Source: an uncultured delta proteobacterium (GTDB lineage Bacteria > Desulfobacterota > Desulfobulbia > Desulfobulbales > BM004). Taken from it: 64,000 nt of DNA. The notes beneath the pieces are model-generated. The model did not search any database and was not told the DNA's origin. It worked only from the letters and a program-made list of their open reading frames with translations. This document shows positions 39,015 through 48,516 of the stretch, in pieces; positions within the stretch are counted from its first letter, which is position 1; every line of letters begins with the position of its first letter. The stretch is taken from the NCBI GenBank assembly GCA_963783905.1, contig CAWAPG010000002.1, forward strand, positions 65,032-129,031, given 5' to 3'. The position numbers were made by a program, and so were the translations under genes.

Positions 39015-39866
39015 ATGATCTTCCATGTAACCCACAAGACTAACTATATATACTCTGCCCAGGTCTTTCTGGAACCTCATATAGTTCGTCTCAGTCCACG
39101 AAACGATGCAAATCAGAAGATCAGCAATTTCTCTTTTGCAGTGGAGCCTCATCCTGCAGGTATTCATCACTTTAGGGACGCAGAGGATAATTGCGCGACC
39201 TGCATCTGGTTTGAGGAGAAAACGGCAACACTTACTATTGTCACTTCATTTGAAGTGCAAACTTTCGGCAAGAATCCATTTGCTTACCTGGTGACAGACA
39301 ATGCTTTTCTGCAATTGCCCGCTGCATATGAAAACTTCGATGCAACTGCACTGGAACCTTCCCGTGCTGCTATTGACATGGATGATGCGGTGGCAGCATT
39401 TGGCAAATCGGTCTTTGAAGATTCAAATGGCGATACCCTGCAATTTTTGACTCGATTATGCATGGCTATCTACGAAAATTTTAAAATGGAAACCAGAGAG
39501 CATGGTCCACCTTTTCCGCCCTCCTTTACCTTTCAAAGTAAAAGAGGGACCTGCCGGGATCTTGTTTTATTGTATATGGCAATATGCCGCAGTTTTGGAC
39601 TTGCGGCCCGGTTCGTGAGTGGCTACCAGGAGGGGGATCCTGATATGGATGATCGTCAACTGCATGCCTGGGTTGAGGTGTATATACCTGGAGGTGGCTG
39701 GCGGGGATATGATCCGAGTCATGGTCTCGTTGTAACGGATCGCCATATAGCTCTTGCAGCCAGTTATGATCCAGCAGGGGCTATTCCCGTAAAAGGAAGT
39801 TTTCGGGGAACAGGAGTTGCAGCGACAATAGACTATCTCATTTTATTATCTGCCCTTGCTGATTAA
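39015..39866 (+). CDS. transglutaminase-like cysteine protease family protein
   Basis: Catalytic core GTCRDLVLL...HAWVEVYIPGGGWRGYDPS (Cys-His-Asp triad context). Confidence 0.9.
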   Translation: MIFHVTHKTNYIYSAQVFLEPHIVRLSPRNDANQKISNFSFAVEPHPAGIHHFRDAEDNCATCIWFEEKTATLTIVTSFEVQTFGKNPFAYLVTDNAFLQLPAAYENFDATALEPSRAAIDMDDAVAAFGKSVFEDSNGDTLQFLTRLCMAIYENFKMETREHGPPFPPSFTFQSKRGTCRDLVLLYMAICRSFGLAARFVSGYQEGDPDMDDRQLHAWVEVYIPGGGWRGYDPSHGLVVTDRHIALAASYDPAGAIPVKGSFRGTGVAATIDYLILLSALAD

Positions 39867-40021
39867 CTTAGAGAACATATTGCAGCAAAGCGTAACCTAA
39901 TTTTTAACCGAAAACCGGGACAAATTATCAGACATCAACCAGTTTCAATAATTACTATGAAGGCAGAAATATATCCTGTCTGTAAAGTTTAGATTGCAAA
40001 TTTTATCTATAGAATTCTGAA

Positions 40022-41563
40022 ATGAAATTGATTGGAAATCTGATTATTGCAATTCTTCTATTCATCCCCCAAATTGCAGGTGGAGTCTGCATCCAGGGTG
40101 ACTGTATTAATGGTTATGGCACTGCTGTCCTGCCTGACGGCAACAGATATGTCGGTGAATTCAGGGAAGGCGTTCGAAGCGGCAGGGGATCGATGACGTA
40201 TCCGGATGGCACAAAATATGTAGGTGACTGGCTGAACGATGAACCCCATGGAAAAGGTACGCTTATATCTATCGACAGATTCGAATACACTGGAGAATTT
40301 GTCAATGGAGTTCGGCAGGGTCAGGGGACCCTGGAAACTGTAGACGGGATAAGATATGAAGGTCAGTGGCGGAACGATGCCCCGCACGGGCAGGGAAAGT
40401 TCATTGACCCCGGCAAAGAAGAATTCGTCGGCCAATTTGAGAATGGACGGCGCAATGGACGGGGCGAGGCAACATACACGGATGGTACAAGGTATAAGGG
40501 GCAGTGGGCAGATGATCTGCCAAACGGACAGGGCATAAAGACATTGGCGGACGGAATGCAGTATGCCGGGAATTTCAAGAATGGTTTAATGTTTGGCAGC
40601 GGCACGATAGTTCTGCCCGATGGAAGCCAATTTAAAATACAATGGCAAAATGATACTCCTGAGGAAAAAGAGGAGACAGGGCCTGGGGCACAATTCTCGG
40701 GCAAAAAGGAGCAAAAAGACTGGTACATGATCTCGTCTCTTAAAGAAGTACGAGGTCGGCATAGCCGGGAATCCCGGGAGTCTGCAAGTCATGTGGAAGT
40801 TTCAGCACAGGAGTTAGCCTCCAGCCCGGAACCAATTCCTCCTCAGGAACCTGAGGTTGCTGTTAAGACCGCGGTAGAGGTTTCCCCCCAGCCCCCTGAA
40901 GATGAAAATTCTGCAATTAGAGAGCAGGCTCAACAAATAAAAACGGACAACAAAATCCCGATAGTAGAACCTGAGATTGCTGTTGAGGCCGCGGTAGAGG
41001 TTTCCCCTCAGCCCCCTGAAGATGAAAATTCTGCAATTAGAGAGCAGACACAACCAATAGAAGCGGACAACATAATTCCGACGGTAGAAGAAGCTGAGAA
41101 GGCGGTACCTGAAGCTGTCATGCCTGCCAAAGGAGAAGAAGAACCAGGTTCCCTAAAGGGATATGCACTATATTATGAAACCACAAATGGAATTAAATAT
41201 GCCCGTATAGCTAAAGGTGCCAATATCCGTTCCGGCCCATCGCTGACGACAGAAGTCCTGCGTACTGTGCCGTCAGGATATCCCGTAGTTGTCTTGGAAC
41301 AGCAGGAAGATTGGTTCCTGGTCCAGGATTTCAGGAAGAGAAAGGGTTGGGTCTATGAATCACTGCTTACTGCGCCTGAAACTGTAATAATTAAAGTTTA
41401 TAAGGGAAACTTGCGCCGTGGCCCCAGTTTAACAGATGATGTCATTGTGCAACTGGATTACGGGACAGTGGTATCAGTTGTAGAAACTCGAGGTGATTGG
41501 CTGCGGGTAAGTGATTCTGGCAATGTAACAGGCTGGCTGCACAGAAAGGTCATCTGGCCTTAA
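40022..41563 (+). CDS. secreted MORN-repeat protein with acidic/Pro-rich tandem-repeat linker and two C-terminal SH3b domains
   Basis: Signal peptide; at least 8 MORN units (YVGEFREGVRSGRGSMTYPDGTKYVGDW...); two 40-aa repeats; SH3_3-like segments (ANIRSGPSLTTEVL...GWVYESLL and LRRGPSLTDDV...GWLHRKVI). Confidence 0.85.
   Translation: MKLIGNLIIAILLFIPQIAGGVCIQGDCINGYGTAVLPDGNRYVGEFREGVRSGRGSMTYPDGTKYVGDWLNDEPHGKGTLISIDRFEYTGEFVNGVRQGQGTLETVDGIRYEGQWRNDAPHGQGKFIDPGKEEFVGQFENGRRNGRGEATYTDGTRYKGQWADDLPNGQGIKTLADGMQYAGNFKNGLMFGSGTIVLPDGSQFKIQWQNDTPEEKEETGPGAQFSGKKEQKDWYMISSLKEVRGRHSRESRESASHVEVSAQELASSPEPIPPQEPEVAVKTAVEVSPQPPEDENSAIREQAQQIKTDNKIPIVEPEIAVEAAVEVSPQPPEDENSAIREQTQPIEADNIIPTVEEAEKAVPEAVMPAKGEEEPGSLKGYALYYETTNGIKYARIAKGANIRSGPSLTTEVLRTVPSGYPVVVLEQQEDWFLVQDFRKRKGWVYESLLTAPETVIIKVYKGNLRRGPSLTDDVIVQLDYGTVVSVVETRGDWLRVSDSGNVTGWLHRKVIWP
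40847..41086 (+). repeat. 2 x 120-bp in-frame tandem duplication inside the MORN/SH3 gene
   Basis: Units 40847-40966 and 40967-41086 are roughly 85 percent identical overall, with a nearly identical core of about 60 bp (GCGGTAGAGGTTTCCCC.CAGCCCCCTGAAGATGAAAATTCTGCAATTAGAGAGCAG). Confidence 0.9.
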
Positions 41564-41820
41564 GTAAAAAATCAAATTCCAAGCAATGGCAGGCCGACCA
41601 TTCATGGCCACCAGACTTTGCGCATTTTGAAGATATCTTTGCTGAAGTCAAATAGGTGATTCATGATCCGGTTGTCCGCCCGGCCCCGCTTAAACGGTCC
41701 ATCCTAAAGTCAGTGAAATCTGTATTTGAATGAAAGAACTCTCACTTGCTGTGGCATGAAAAATGTTTGGGGAAGGCCATTCCGGTAAAATTTTTGATTG
41801 ATACGCAGGTAATAGGCTGT

Positions 41821-43425
41821 TCATGGTTTTTGGCCTGCCGCAGCCGGCCGGCTTTTTTGTCGGTGGCCCTCAATGATAAGAAGGGCCAGAAAGATGACGC
41901 CGATCACGGCGAAAATAAAAGAGTTTCGGAAGGTGTCCTGGAAGGCTAAGCTCCGGGCCTGTACTCCTTGGGCGGTGCCAAGCAGGATACGGGCCTTAAT
42001 CTCGGCCAGTCCCGGAGGAAAGTATCGGGTCAGCTCGGTGGAACGCTGGGCAAGCCACTGGTTTATGTAGCTCGTGTTCTGCAGTAAGGCAATATTTTCA
42101 AAATGAACGGCCTGGCTTTTTTCTAGATGGTTCGTGGCAATGGCGGTCCCCAGCGAACCTCCCAGGAAGCGCAGATAGTGCATGAGGCTTACCCCCTGGG
42201 CCGTCTTATCGCCTAACTTGCCCAGAGCCAGGGCGGAAACAGGGGCAAAGAAGGCTCCAAGGGAGATGCCTAGGGGGATAGTCAGCAACGCCGCCTGGAC
42301 TGAAGGCGTGTAGTAGTTCAGTGAGGGGATCAAAAAGTAGCTGGTGCAGAGGTAGATCGCGGCGCTGACCACCAGTACCTTCTGGGGCCCGTAACGGTCG
42401 CTGAGTATCCCGGCCAGGGGTGATATTATTGCGATGAAGATGGCGAAGGCCAGCATGTGCAGGCCAGTATTAAAGGTGGGCAGCATTTTCAGGGTCTCAT
42501 AGTAAAGGGGCAGCATGTAGAAGAGCTGATAGATGGAAAGACCCATGGTGGTGAAATAAAACCCCATGGAAAGAGTATATTCCCGATTACGGAAGATGGT
42601 CGGGTCGATCAGCTTATACTCGGAGAGTAATTCTGAAAGGAGATACAGCAGCAGAAATATTCCTGCCGCAAAACTCAATGTCACAATGAGATCGGACTGG
42701 GTCCATCCCAGTTGCTGTCCCTTGGAGAGAAGAACCAACAGGGATGCAGTGAAGGCGCCGATCAGCAGATAGCTGATAAAGTTAAAGTGTAAGCGCTGCC
42801 GATGTCGAACCACGAGGGGCAGGAAGAAGAAGCCTGCCACAAAGTTCAACAGGCCAACCGGCAAGTTGATTAAGAAGACCCAGCGCCAGCTCAGGTGCTC
42901 CGTAAGCCATCCACCGACTGTTGGACCCAGGGAGGGAGCAAAGCTCACCCCCATGGCGAAGATGCCCATAGCCAGCCCCTTTTTCTTAGGTGGATAGATG
43001 GAAAAAAGGATTGTCTGGGCCGAGGCCATAATGAAGGCTTCTCCGAAGCCCTGGATGACCCGGGAGCTGATCATTTCGGTCAGTGATCCTGCAAGGCCGC
43101 AAAGGGCGCTTGCCGAAGTAAAAATGACCAATCCTATAAGAAAGAGGCGCTTCAGCCCAAGAACTTTGGACAGGTTGTGAGTTAACAGCAATCCAATCGC
43201 CGCCGATGTCATGTAGGCGGTAATCACCCACTGGATGCCATAAAGATCAGTAGCCAGCGGCCCCATCATTTTGGGCACCACTACATCAACAACGGTGGTG
43301 TCGAGGATGGCCATGAAGGCGCCGGTCATGACGATCAAGGTCAAAAAGGCGCGAAGACCCGGCGTGATTGTTTCGTAGATGGGGGGCTCTGATATGAGCG
43401 ATTGTTGGTCCTTGGCGGGTGGCAT
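41821..43425 (-). CDS. MFS drug:H+ antiporter, DHA2 (EmrB/QacA) family, 14 TM
   Basis: A 534-aa MFS protein with the DHA2 N-terminal pattern (LDTTVVDVVVPKM, WVITAYM). It is paired with a HlyD-family gene. Confidence 0.9.
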   Translation of the reverse strand: MPPAKDQQSLISEPPIYETITPGLRAFLTLIVMTGAFMAILDTTVVDVVVPKMMGPLATDLYGIQWVITAYMTSAAIGLLLTHNLSKVLGLKRLFLIGLVIFTSASALCGLAGSLTEMISSRVIQGFGEAFIMASAQTILFSIYPPKKKGLAMGIFAMGVSFAPSLGPTVGGWLTEHLSWRWVFLINLPVGLLNFVAGFFFLPLVVRHRQRLHFNFISYLLIGAFTASLLVLLSKGQQLGWTQSDLIVTLSFAAGIFLLLYLLSELLSEYKLIDPTIFRNREYTLSMGFYFTTMGLSIYQLFYMLPLYYETLKMLPTFNTGLHMLAFAIFIAIISPLAGILSDRYGPQKVLVVSAAIYLCTSYFLIPSLNYYTPSVQAALLTIPLGISLGAFFAPVSALALGKLGDKTAQGVSLMHYLRFLGGSLGTAIATNHLEKSQAVHFENIALLQNTSYINQWLAQRSTELTRYFPPGLAEIKARILLGTAQGVQARSLAFQDTFRNSFIFAVIGVIFLALLIIEGHRQKSRPAAAGQKP

Positions 43426-43436
43426 GGTTGTGGTTA

Positions 43437-44576
43437 TTACTGGCGTTTGATCTCCACCTCGCCTCCGAGGCCCACCCGAAGCAAGGAGAGGTCGCCATCT
43501 GTGATGACGATCCTTACCGGTATGCGCTGAGCCACCTTTGTGAACTCACCGGCCGAGATATCACGCGGTATCAGGGAAAAGGTGGCGGCTGAAGCAGGCA
43601 TGACTTCCTGGACCACCCCGCTGAAAAGCTTGTCAGGATATGCATCCAGCGTCAGTTCCGCCGGAGCGCCGGCTTTCACGCCCTTAATTTTATTCTCTTC
43701 CAGCAGGGCGACGGCAAAAACATCCTCAGGATCCACCAGAGCGAAAACGGCCTGGCCAGTATCTACCACGTCGCCAAGACTTGCAAAGCGGCGGGCTACT
43801 CGACCGCTAAGGGTGCTTTTCAGGTTGCACTTGTCTAGTTTGTCTCGAGCCTGTTCCACGGAGGCAGTAAGGGCTTTGATTTTTTGTGTCTGCGCTGCAA
43901 TCGACTGCTCGGCCTCCTTGACCAGCAGACGGTTACTGACAGCCAGTTCAACTTTCTTCCTGGCAGCCGCCGAGGCGGCCGCCAGGGCCTGCGCCCCTTT
44001 GCTGAGCGCTTTCTGTTCTTCACGGCGCGCTGACAGTTCAGTGTTAACTTCCTCGACCTTGCGAGCGTCAATGGCTTTGTCCTCGGCCAGTTCGACGTAA
44101 CGTTTTCGGTCCCGTTCCGACTGGGTGATCACCGCTGCAACCGAGGCTGCTCTGGCTTCCAGCGCAGCCATTTCTGCCTGGATCCTGGTCACCTCATCAC
44201 CCGCGATCTCCTCGTTTAATATGCTTTCTTTTGCCAAGCGCTCCCGGCTTAACTCGCGTTTTTTCAGTTCGTTGCGGGCCTCCTCCAGTTCTGCCTCCAG
44301 CCGGTTGACGTCCAACCGATACTGCTGATCATCAATGGTGGCCAGAGTTTCACCATCCTTTACATCTTCGCCTTCGTTTTTATTCATGGTGGCAATGCGG
44401 CCGCCGACTTTATCGAAACCCAGATTGACCAGGCTATCAGTTCGGATAAAGACTGCATCAGTTGTTGCATAGGCCAACCGATGCCGGATGAAACGTACGG
44501 CAGTCACACTCAATACCACAATGCCGCCAATGAGGATAATTATGGCTATAGCTCTTTTTCGTGGTAATTTATTCAT
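43437..44576 (-). CDS. HlyD/EmrA-family membrane fusion (periplasmic adaptor) protein
   Basis: N-terminal TM, a long coiled-coil hairpin and a beta-barrel C-terminus (VRIVITDGDLSLLRVGLGGEVEI). Confidence 0.9.
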   Translation of the reverse strand: MNKLPRKRAIAIIILIGGIVVLSVTAVRFIRHRLAYATTDAVFIRTDSLVNLGFDKVGGRIATMNKNEGEDVKDGETLATIDDQQYRLDVNRLEAELEEARNELKKRELSRERLAKESILNEEIAGDEVTRIQAEMAALEARAASVAAVITQSERDRKRYVELAEDKAIDARKVEEVNTELSARREEQKALSKGAQALAAASAAARKKVELAVSNRLLVKEAEQSIAAQTQKIKALTASVEQARDKLDKCNLKSTLSGRVARRFASLGDVVDTGQAVFALVDPEDVFAVALLEENKIKGVKAGAPAELTLDAYPDKLFSGVVQEVMPASAATFSLIPRDISAGEFTKVAQRIPVRIVITDGDLSLLRVGLGGEVEIKRQ

Positions 44577-44977
44577 GACAGTTTTCAGTTTGAATGTGTT
44601 GCTAAATCAGGAGAGAGGTCTTTGGGGCCTTGATCCCGATAATGGCGGGGATTATTAAGTAATGGCATATTTAGCACGTGCTGATAATAGGGCGGTGACA
44701 TCAAACCGCCCTGAATCCTGACAGTTAGACAACCTATAAGAAACACCGGACGAGTGTCAACGAAAAATCAACCCAATAATTCTCTATCCACTTGCAGTCA
44801 GCATATCTTACTGCAATGTTGACTATAAGAGGAAGAAATACCAGTTACGATATCCTCTGGCAATGGTATCATAAATGGTTTGTGAAAGGTCTTTATTTAA
44901 AGAATCAAAGCAGTTATATAATAATGACATTACTTCCTGTTAAATAGTGCCAAAAGAACAAATATATTCACGAAAGT

Positions 44978-45463
44978 ATGCTGACAATTGACTTCAAACC
45001 AATCGGCGTTATCCATTCTCCTTTTAAAAAGCCCGAAGATATGCCGATTCAGCCTGCTGCTGCTCAAGGTATATTGGGATCGGTGGAAATAATGTCCGAG
45101 TATATTGAGGGTCTGGATGACCTGAGCGGCTTCTCGCACATGTATCTCATATATTTCTTTCACCTGTCACATGGTTACAACTTACACGTTATCCCTTTTC
45201 TGGATACCACACCCCGAGGCCTGTTCGCAACTCGGGCTCCAAAGAGGCCCAATCCAATTGGTCTTTCTGTTGTTAAAATCAATAAAATCAATGAGAATAT
45301 TATCGAAATTGAAAATGTGGATATTATTGATGGAACACCATTGCTTGATATCAAACCATATGTTCCGGAAATGGATGCTTCTGAAAACTGCAAAACAGGC
45401 TGGATTAATCAATTCAGGTCCATGATAAAAAAACAAAAATCTGATAAAAGATTTTCAGAGTAA
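44978..45463 (+). CDS. trmO: tRNA (t6A37-N6)-methyltransferase TrmO/TsaA family
   Basis: IGVIHSPF, FSHMYLIYFFH, RAPKRPNPIGLSVV and GTPLLDIKPY are TsaA/YaeB hallmarks. Confidence 0.85.
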   Translation: MLTIDFKPIGVIHSPFKKPEDMPIQPAAAQGILGSVEIMSEYIEGLDDLSGFSHMYLIYFFHLSHGYNLHVIPFLDTTPRGLFATRAPKRPNPIGLSVVKINKINENIIEIENVDIIDGTPLLDIKPYVPEMDASENCKTGWINQFRSMIKKQKSDKRFSE

Positions 45464-45705
45464 AAGCAATTTGTTTTATGTGACTCTTCTTTTCCAGCTC
45501 TAGTTCTCTTGGCAGATCCAGATTAAGATGCAGTTTGGTTCTCCAGCGTGCACTACCAGCCGGTTAAGACCCATATGAATAAATATGGTGCGGACAATTT
45601 GCTGAGACTAATGAAGCTTGACGAGGCATGGGAAGAAATTTACATTCTTCCACGAAGCGAGTCAAAAAACAAACCGGCGCATTTTTTCTTTTATCGAGGT
45701 GAGAA

Positions 45706-46065
45706 ATGTCGAAGAAATATATGATGATAATTAGCCATTCCAATGATGAGCCTCATCGGACAAGTGTAACCATGGGGCTGATATCCTGTCTGGTTTTAGA
45801 AGGAGCCGATGTTGCTTTGTTTTTCATGTCAGAGGGAGCAAAAATGGTTCAAAAAGGTGTGGCGGAAACCATTGTAGAAAAAAATATAGCTCCAGTTCGT
45901 GATTCTCTTTCAATAATTCTTGAGGGGAATACTCAATTGTATGTCTGCAAAATTGACTTGAAGAAATTTGGTATACCGGAAAACGAATTGCTTGATGGTG
46001 TAAAAATTGTCGACCTGATGGACGTATCTGCTCTTATGTTGGAGAGGGAGACAGTCAGGTGCTAG
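45706..46065 (+). CDS. DsrE/DsrF-like family protein
   Basis: A 119-aa Rossmann-like small protein with a DsrE-like layout (MMIISHSNDEPHR...ALFFMSEGAKMV...LYVCK). Confidence 0.65.
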   Translation: MSKKYMMIISHSNDEPHRTSVTMGLISCLVLEGADVALFFMSEGAKMVQKGVAETIVEKNIAPVRDSLSIILEGNTQLYVCKIDLKKFGIPENELLDGVKIVDLMDVSALMLERETVRC

Positions 46066-46630
46066 CATATGTTTCCCTGGCAAGCAGATAATTGCACAAT
46101 TGAGTTTTCAGCGTTTTGGATACAATCCTGTGATCAAACTGAATAGTTCCGTTGCCAAAGCGTGCCGCCATTTTGAGCTTTTTGTTTCGAATGGCTAAAC
46201 AATATCTTGTGTTGATATACTCCCTGGGTTCCATGTGATGCTCAATGGCAGCCTTGAATTCGATCCTGTCTGGCTCCAAATTTTCCACTGACAGGTTTCA
46301 GGGGCTACTCCCATACGTCGTACGATCGCGGAGATGACAGTCTCCCTGGTGAATTCATAGATGACTTCTGGTGAGCCATATCAGGGTCAGCAGCTCAAGA
46401 TTAAAAGCGCTATTGCTGCCGTCCTTGATTTGAAAACAGGGTACATGCATCAAATCTACCTGGTTTTACAAGATAATAGCCTCAGTCATACCCGAGAACA
46501 ACCGCTCTTTTTTCTTTCTGTATCACTTTGCTGTAATCTGCCGAAACAGCACTGCGGAGACTGTTGAGAATCTTCGTGTATGAGGTTTGAGAGTTATCTT
46601 GTGCTTTTGCTTTTCTGTTTCTTTTCATAA
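46055..46630 (-). pseudogene. degenerate gene remnant, possibly a site-specific recombinase/integrase C-terminal fragment
   Basis: Coding-like stretches are spread over three frames with stops (MKRNRKAKAQ...; ...EFTRETVISAIVRRMGVAPE...; ...HHMEPREYINTRYCLAIRNKKLKMAARF). There is only a weak resemblance to the tyrosine recombinase C-terminal region, and an AT-rich tract follows. Confidence 0.25.
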
Positions 46631-47112
46631 TGTTTCCCCATGGAAGTAGATTTTAGAGATCCCGGTTCATTTTACATTTTAATGTAAGTAATCCAAGAAT
46701 CATGCCACCCTGGTTTGTTAATTCATATTTCCCATATTTTCAGGAGGTTAAGGTATAATACATGAATTTTTGTGATGGCAAAATAATAACATTTTTGTAA
46801 AAATTATACAAAACGGCTCACGATTTATAACAACTTTGCAATAAATGAGCTGTGCTGCTGATGCCTCAGATATTATCGTTGGAAAAAAAGTGACTACTCC
46901 TGGAGGGGAGATGCCTAGATTGATAAAAAAATGGGAAAACTTTCACCAGAGAGACTCTAACAGAATTCTTTTAGCTTAATCTGCATATTTACCCATTAGG
47001 CATTTAATATAACAGCAAATTATTGCTATAAATGTGGACTCCTGAATGTTTCCTGGAAGGTCAATATGTCCAGGGGATGTGCTGACCTGAAAAGAGGGGC
47101 CGGAACCATGTC

Positions 47113-48516
47113 TCATGCAGCGGGATATGAGGCCACGGCCCGGACGTAGTTTCGGCAGTTGTTCTCCTGCCAGCCGGTGTAGCCCATACGGGTATTGATA
47201 TACCATGAGGTGTTTTCAGAACGCCGATCACAACTCCAATACCAGTGTCCTTCCTCTTGCCAGACATCATTTGGGCAACTGCTTTCGGGAAGTTTTGGAT
47301 CGTTCACCAGGGTCAGCAGCTCATTGACTGTTGGCAGCCGCCATGTAGATATTTTGAATTTCTGTTTGTCATTCAGGGTTTCAATAAAGGAATCGGCTTG
47401 AACACGATTTACCGGCAAACCGTTATCTTTTCTTTGCCAGATCAGACCCGTTCTCATGTCAATGACTAAATTTTCAGTCTGATCAGTAAAGATATTTTCC
47501 GTGTACCGTTCCGGCTGCCAGAGCTCATTGACATGAAAAGCTTTCCTGGCATTTGTGCCGGATACCCTGATCGGGCTTGTCCGGATTTTTCCCATGGTTT
47601 CTCTGGAGTCCGGTTTCTGTTCTCTGATGACTTGACATGTTGCGTCTATTTTTCTCTCCAGGTGCAGTTCAAGATTTTTGAGAGCAGCAGCCATTTCATA
47701 GGCGTTCTGAAACCGCGCGGCAGGGTTCCGCGCAAATGCCCTGCTGAAAAAATCATCCCAACTTCTTTCGTAAATGGGATTGATGCGGCTGAGTGGGAAA
47801 CTATTCATCTTCGGCAGTTCACCGGTAAGCATTCTGTAGAGCATAACGGCGACGGAATACAGGTCAGAACGCTGATCCGCGTTTTCAGGGTTTTTGTTCT
47901 GCTCCGGGGCGATATAATATGGCGAGCCGATTTTCAGCCCCGCACTGTCAATGATCTCTTCATCCTCGTGCATTGCTAAGCCGAAGTCGCATATCTTTAC
48001 TGTATCCGTATCCGTCACCAGGATATTATGCGGTTTTATATCCCGGTGGATAATGGCGGCATCATGAATAAACCGAAGTCCTTCAAGGACTTGGCAGCCG
48101 TAATCCAGAACTTTCTCGGGGTTGATGATACGGGTTGGTTTTTCCACAATAAAATTCTCATTGATCATCATGCCGATATTTATGCAGTGATATTCCATAG
48201 TAAAGTATGGTGGTTGGCTATCCAGGTCCAGGTCCAGGACTTTCACGATATGGGGATGGTTTAAGCCGCCCATTTTTTTTGCTTCCGCGGTAAAAATATT
48301 CTTCAGCTTTTCCATTCCCAACAGATCAGCCAACGGTTGTGACGGGTGCAGAAGTTTGAGGGCGACAATCTCCTCACTCTCCGGTTCAATTGCCCGGTAG
48401 ACGATGCTCATTCCTCCGTGGCCGATGGGTCCGAGGAGTGTGTAACGGCCGATTTTTTTTGAATGCGATCTTTTTTTCATGAAACCAGATGCGCTAACGG
48501 AGGAGCCTGGTTGCAT
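47113..48516 (-). CDS. Hanks-type Ser/Thr protein kinase with C-terminal DUF1566 (Lcl C-terminal-like) domain
   Basis: Kinase motifs GHGGMSIVY, VALK, HRDIKPHNILV, DFGLA and APE. The C-terminus has TGLIWQRKD...WRLPTVNELLTL...VRAV. An alternative start lies at 48480 (MKKRSH). Confidence 0.9.
   Translation of the reverse strand: MQPGSSVSASGFMKKRSHSKKIGRYTLLGPIGHGGMSIVYRAIEPESEEIVALKLLHPSQPLADLLGMEKLKNIFTAEAKKMGGLNHPHIVKVLDLDLDSQPPYFTMEYHCINIGMMINENFIVEKPTRIINPEKVLDYGCQVLEGLRFIHDAAIIHRDIKPHNILVTDTDTVKICDFGLAMHEDEEIIDSAGLKIGSPYYIAPEQNKNPENADQRSDLYSVAVMLYRMLTGELPKMNSFPLSRINPIYERSWDDFFSRAFARNPAARFQNAYEMAAALKNLELHLERKIDATCQVIREQKPDSRETMGKIRTSPIRVSGTNARKAFHVNELWQPERYTENIFTDQTENLVIDMRTGLIWQRKDNGLPVNRVQADSFIETLNDKQKFKISTWRLPTVNELLTLVNDPKLPESSCPNDVWQEEGHWYWSCDRRSENTSWYINTRMGYTGWQENNCRNYVRAVASYPAA

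Noticed and set aside
46761-46979. Mini-ORFs with SD-like sequences in the AT-rich tract (12 aa at 46762-46800; 22 aa at 46911-46979)
   Set aside because: They are too short and compositionally indistinguishable from AT-rich non-coding DNA, and no supporting signal is present.
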